A stretch of DNA of 64,000 nt, from positions 1,600,001 to 1,664,000 of the forward strand of contig CAWELD010000003.1 of NCBI GenBank assembly GCA_963809895.1, given 5' to 3'. The notes beneath the pieces were generated by a model. The model saw only the letters and a program-made list of their open reading frames with translations. It was not told the origin of the DNA and did not search any database. Numbering within the stretch: position 1 is the first letter of the stretch; each line of letters begins with the position of its first letter. This document shows, piece after piece, positions 62,198-64,000 of this stretch. The DNA is from an uncultured Gemmatimonadales bacterium. GTDB lineage: Bacteria; Gemmatimonadota; Gemmatimonadetes; Longimicrobiales; Gaopeijiaceae. Made by a program: the position numbers and the translations under genes.

Positions 62198-64000
62198 TCA
62201 GGCCCCGGGTCCGCAGATCTGATCCAGCTCGCTCATCCCCACCAGCACCTCCCGCGGCTTGGAACCGTCGGGTGGGCTCAGGATGCCGGCGTCGTGGAGC
62301 TGGTCCACGATCCGCGCCGCCCGGCCGTAGCCGATCTTGAGGCGACGCTGGAGGAGTGAGGTGGAGCCCTGCTGCTGCGAGATGCAGACCTCGGCGGCGG
62401 CGCGGAAGAGCTCGTCCCAGTCACCGGCGATCTCCTCGACGATGGAGGAGGCCTCGTCCATCTCGTGGCTGCGGAGCTCCTCGAGGATGTCCAGCTCCTC
62501 GCTCTCCAGGGCCGCGCGGCCTTCCTCGGCCACCCGCTCCGCCACCTGGGCACGGTACCAGCCCAGCAGCGCGTCGGTGTCCTCGGTGGAGATGAAGGCA
62601 CCCTGGATGCGCACGGGCTCGCTCTGTCCCGGAGGCAGGAAGAGCATGTCCCCGTTCCCCAGGAGCGATTCGGCGCCGTTGGCATCCAGGATCGTGCGCG
62701 AGTCGGTCTTGGACGCCACCCGGAAGGCGATGCGCGTCGGGAAGTTGGCCTTGATCAGGCCGGTGATGACGTTCACCGAGGGCCGCTGCGTGGCCACGAT
62801 CAGGTGGATCCCGATGGCGCGCGCCTTCTGGGCGAGTTGGGCCAGCGGCTTCTCCACCTCGCTCTGCACCTGCATCATGAGGTCGGCCAGCTCGTCCACC
62901 ACCACGACGATGTAGGGCAGCGGACCGTCGTCGTAGATCCAGCGGTCCTCGTCGCCCTCCTCGCCCTCGGCCTCGACGCGCCGCAGGGTCACGCCCCTCT
63001 TGACGCGCTCGTTGAACTCGGCGATCGAGCGCACGCCGTTGGCGGACAGGAGCTGGTAGCGGCGCTCCATCTCCATGACCGCCCATTTGAGCACGCCGGC
63101 GGCGTCGGCCGGATCCGTGACCACCTGGTGCCGGAGATGGGGCAGGTCGGCGTAGGCCGACAGCTCCACCATCTTGGGATCGATCATGAGCAGCCGGAGC
63201 GTCTCCGGCGTGTGCCGGTAGACCAGGCTGGTGATGATCGTGTTCACGCACACCGACTTTCCCGAGCCGGTGGCGCCGGCGATGAGCACGTGGGGCATCT
63301 TGGCCAGGTCCGCCACGTAGGGGTGGCCCGTGAGGTCCTTGCCCAGGCCGATGGGCAGCTGGCCCCGCGCGTTGCGATACGGGCGCGCCTCCAGGATCTC
63401 CCGCAGGTAGACGGTCTCGGACTCGGGGTTGGGGATCTCCACGCCGACGGCGCCCTTGCCTGGAATCGGCGCCACGATGCGAATGCTCTGGGCCTTCATG
63501 GCCAGGGCCAGGTCGGCATCGAGGTTGGCGATCCGGTTCACCTTCACGCCCGGGGCCGGCACGACCTCGAACTGCGTGACCACGGGGCCCGTGGTGCGTC
63601 CGGCCAGCTCGCACTGGACGTTGAAGGTACGCAGCTTCTCCACCAGCACCTGCCCGAGCTCCTCGAGCTCCCGCTCCATGTGCGCCCGCTCCTCGCTGGC
63701 CTCCAGCGTGAGCAGATCCAGCGGCGGCAGCTCGCCACCGGCCAGGTCCCGGGGATCGGCGGGATCGGGCAGGTCGCCCTCGGCCGCCCGGCTCTTGCGA
63801 GGGGTCGGAGCCGGGGCGGGCTCGGGCGCCACGGGCGCCTCTTGCGATGCGTCCTCGTCCTCGCCGGACTCGGGACCGGTCCAGTGCTCCTCGGGGAGCA
63901 CGCCCACGGACTGCGGCTCGGGCGCGGGCCGCTCGGCGTACCAGCTACGGACGCGTCCGAACCCCGAGCCCAGCGCCGCGAGCCCACGACTCAACAGGCT
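62198..64000 (-). CDS. ftsK: DNA translocase FtsK, 5' end outside the window
   Basis: GPVVTQFE, PHVLIAGATGSGKS, IDPK, DELAD, ATQRPS, gamma domain LQRRLKIGYGRAAR. Confidence 0.97.
   Translation of the reverse strand, partial: SLLSRGLAALGSGFGRVRSWYAERPAPEPQSVGVLPEEHWTGPESGEDEDASQEAPVAPEPAPAPTPRKSRAAEGDLPDPADPRDLAGGELPPLDLLTLEASEERAHMERELEELGQVLVEKLRTFNVQCELAGRTTGPVVTQFEVVPAPGVKVNRIANLDADLALAMKAQSIRIVAPIPGKGAVGVEIPNPESETVYLREILEARPYRNARGQLPIGLGKDLTGHPYVADLAKMPHVLIAGATGSGKSVCVNTIITSLVYRHTPETLRLLMIDPKMVELSAYADLPHLRHQVVTDPADAAGVLKWAVMEMERRYQLLSANGVRSIAEFNERVKRGVTLRRVEAEGEEGDEDRWIYDDGPLPYIVVVVDELADLMMQVQSEVEKPLAQLAQKARAIGIHLIVATQRPSVNVITGLIKANFPTRIAFRVASKTDSRTILDANGAESLLGNGDMLFLPPGQSEPVRIQGAFISTEDTDALLGWYRAQVAERVAEEGRAALESEELDILEELRSHEMDEASSIVEEIAGDWDELFRAAAEVCISQQQGSTSLLQRRLKIGYGRAARIVDQLHDAGILSPPDGSKPREVLVGMSELDQICGPGA

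Overview
This is a GC-rich bacterial chromosome segment, probably Gemmatimonadota (inferred from gene content and order, not proven). From about 10.2 kb to the end it is an almost uninterrupted minus-strand run of housekeeping genes, many with overlapping stop/start codons. In transcription order these are ftsK, lolA, rimO, a beta-barrel protein, a Gfo/Idh/MocA oxidoreductase, DUF4105, lnt, rpmE, prfA, prmC, a YlbF-like protein, ino1, tmk, an S41 protease, TauE, asparaginase II, CMD, obgE, dprA, hemW, hrcA, dnaJ, prmA, HIT, yqeY, mutS2, dnaG, recJ, rsmD, coaD, pta, an RsbV/W/U-like trio, rsmA, rex, acyl-CoA metabolism genes, glyA, nnr, thiL, plsC, eno and ftsB. On the plus strand, 4.8-10.1 kb holds an SPFH gene and a very large M14 peptidase. 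The first ~4.5 kb, downstream of a tRNA-Met 3' end, is an accessory region that is lower in GC from ~0.68 kb. It encodes two lipoproteins and the best novelty candidate: a ~502-aa protein with TerB-like, winged-helix, two SAP-like and a FokI-like PD-(D/E)xK nuclease region, with no methyltransferase nearby, suggesting a stand-alone anti-phage nuclease. Other points of note are a DUF4105 (Lnb-type) gene coupled to lnt, a Rex box over the rex promoter, and two single-base frameshifts that are probably sequence errors. All domain calls are by eye; no searches were run.
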